Shown here piece by piece: positions 62,103 through 64,000 of a stretch of 64,000 bases of DNA (within the stretch, counting starts at the first letter, position 1; each line of letters opens with the position of its first letter). The notes under the pieces are model-generated. The model made no database searches, was not told the origin of the DNA, and saw nothing but the letters and a program-made list of their open reading frames with translations. Made by a program: the position numbers and the translations under genes. The DNA is taken from NCBI GenBank assembly GCA_009859145.1, contig VRVR01000027.1, positions 112,981 through 176,980 on the forward strand. The letters are read 5' to 3'. This stretch comes from Andalucia godoyi And28 (lineage: Eukaryota; Protista; Jakobida).

Positions 62103-64000
62103 ATGTTTCCAAAAGTGGTTCTTTCCGTGTACAGAAGTGTGTTTGAGCACGTCCCGTCGAAACGGAATCCCAATGCTTTGCTTTGTGCAGGACTCTTCTT
62201 CCATGTCTTGCCGATTTCTCCGACTCTTTTCCGTGGAATCAAGCTACAATTTCTATATCAACAAGTCGCAACTGACCGATCGCTGTATGGAGTCAGCATC
62301 GGAAGACACAAAGAGCACTGCGCCACGCGACGCTTCGACAAGCAAGATGAAAGAATTCTCTCGCTTGGCCATTCCAAGCTGATTTCCGAATTGCAGGCCT
62401 TCCGGGAGCGATTGGCACATCTCGAATCGATGGAACGAGAAAGATTGCAAGCAACGGAGTTGTTTCGATTGGCGGTGGAAGCCAGCCCCACTGCGCTGCT
62501 CATGGTCGAGGGCGGTCCTAACGGGATCATTCGCTTGGCTAACCGCGGCGCGGAGACTCTTTTTGGATACTCCAGCGAGCAGCTGGTTGGCAAGAGGATT
62601 GAAATGCTCGTTCCGGATCAAATTTCCAAGGCTCACCCGTCATTTCGTGCCGAATTTGCAAAGGATCCCAAAGCGAGGTCTATGGGAACTGGACTCGATC
62701 TGGTGGCGAAGCGATCGGATGACAGGGAGATTCCGGTTGAGATCGGCCGTAATCCGATCGAAACCGCCGAGGGGTTGATTGTGTTGGCGTCTGTGATTGA
62801 CATTTCGGAGCGAAAGCGGATGCAGGAGGAGCGACAACGGGCGCTTGAAGCTGGGTTGCAAGCACATCTTGCGAAAACACGGGAACGTCTTCGGGCCGAG
62901 TTCCTGGCGAGCATGTCGCACGAGCTGCGCACCCAAGCAAACGCGATTATCGGAATGACGGATCTTCTGAGCGACACCGAATTGTCTGTGCAGCAGCGGG
63001 ATTTTGCCAAACAATTTCTGTAGCAGAGCAGACGCTGGTTTCAACGATCAACGACATTCTTGATTTTTCAAAACTAGAAGCCGGTAAGATGGCGATCGAG
63101 CATGTCAGTTTCGATTTGGAAGTCCTTCTTCATGATTGCTTTGCGATGATGGCTCCCAAGGCACAGAAAAAGGGTCTTGGGCTGTCTCTCGTCATCCACG
63201 GCCCGATGCCAGTCGTTGTTCATTCCGATCGCAATCGTCTTCGCCAAGTTGTCCTCAATTTGTTGAGCGACGCAGTGAAGTTTACGGAAACTGGCGGCGT
63301 CCTTTTAGAACTGCAGAATTTGTTGATGCAGGCGAATGGCACCAGAGATGTCGATTACTGGGACATCCGTATTGTCGTGTCAGACACCGGAATTGGAATT
63401 ACGGAGGATGTACGACGGCAGCTCTTCCAACCTTTTATGCAAGGAGACTCGAGTACGACGCGCAAGTATGGTGGAACAGGCCTCGGGCTTGCCATTTCAA
63501 AGCAAATCATGAATGCTATGGACGGTTTCATCACAATTGAGAGCAACGATGGCCGAGGATCGCGATTTCAAATCCGTCTTTAGCTGGAGCGGTGCATGGA
63601 AGAAACATCGTCTCCTTGCGATCCAACGGTTTCCAAGACTGGGAAAAGCGTTTTGATTGTAGATTCATGTGATGTTGACAGAAACGCTGTTATGAAGCAG
63701 TGCCGTACGTGGGGCATGACGACCGCCACCGCAAGGTCCTTCGCAGAGGCATTGGAGTTTTCCACACAACCGAATGCACGATGCGATTTTCTGGTCGTCG
63801 GATTGCACGACGACAATGTGGATGCATCTGCGGAATATGTTTCGAGGATGACCAATGCTCTGTGTTGCAATGTGTTGTGGCTGCTTTCTCTGGATATAAG
63901 TTCGTCTCACCTCGTCTTGGGTCCTGGGCGCTTGGCTCTCTCCAAACCGGCGAGTCCGTCACATCTTCTGGACGCGCTGCTTTTGCTTGGCAACGATCGT
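62103..64000 (+). pseudogene. PAS-domain hybrid sensor histidine kinase, interrupted (frameshift 63009-63011, TAG 63581) and running off the window
   Basis: PAS ([15 protein letters not shown]...[19 protein letters not shown]...IPVEIG.NPIET), H-box [26 protein letters not shown] after adding one A. HATPase RLRQVVLNLLSDAVKFT, DTGIGI, F box PFMQGDSSTTRKYGGTGLGLAIS. After the stop comes a receiver-like SVLIVD...SKP. Confidence 0.85.

Noticed and set aside
32781-62944. Long antisense/overlapping ORFs (e.g. 32781-33605, 34230-35519, 36424-37104, 56362-57084, 60631-61317)
   Set aside because: They are shadows of well-supported genes on the opposite strand in GC-richer coding sequence and show no motifs of their own.
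868-63583. Genome-wide stop-codon reassignment to explain in-frame TAG/TGA (868, 889, 18321, 18804, 25200, 33825, 63581)
   Set aside because: Conserved genes end at the expected place with TAG (2846, 46525, 57496) and TGA (54034). Long conserved ORFs contain no internal stops.
1-64000. Bacterial contig or contamination, given the His kinase, CorA, ArsM and GLIC-like genes
   Set aside because: A canonical spliceosomal intron, Myb, Zn2Cys6, RING and P2C ATPase genes are interspersed with them. There is no operon structure or Shine-Dalgarno pattern.
1-64000. tRNA, rRNA or other structured RNA genes
   Set aside because: None recognised by eye. tRNAscan-SE and Infernal/Rfam would be needed to exclude small ncRNAs.

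Overview
Gene-dense, roughly 50% GC, intron-poor eukaryotic DNA, most consistent with a free-living protist. A discoban/jakobid-like host is only a guess. It is not a bacterial contig: there is a clear GTATGT...CTAAT...AAG spliceosomal intron, plus Myb, Zn2Cys6 and RING genes. The window is rich in ion transport and sensing genes: two P-type ATPases with atypical TM4 motifs (PEELP, PQGL), three CorA/ALR1-like Mg2+ channels (two flanking a CNNM), an ABCB half-transporter, a Cys-less pentameric ligand-gated channel, three class III nucleotide cyclases (two large multi-TM PAS cyclases arranged divergently) and a hybrid histidine kinase with a bacterial-looking PAS domain. It also holds a Kelch + cytochrome b561 fusion, an NDUFA4/B12D-like peptide, and two paralogues of an unrecognised family sharing a WYKTSxY...KSKK domain. 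Decayed genes include an arsenite methyltransferase, a Crinkler-like coiled-coil/REase/kinase effector, an ABC fragment and a probable Harbinger transposase. A 180-bp array of phased 16-bp palindromes inside 31-bp inverted repeats lies at 59.7 kb. Several otherwise intact genes break at a single +/-1 indel in a short homopolymer, so assembly error must be excluded before calling them pseudogenes. All family calls come from motif recognition by eye; no searches were run.
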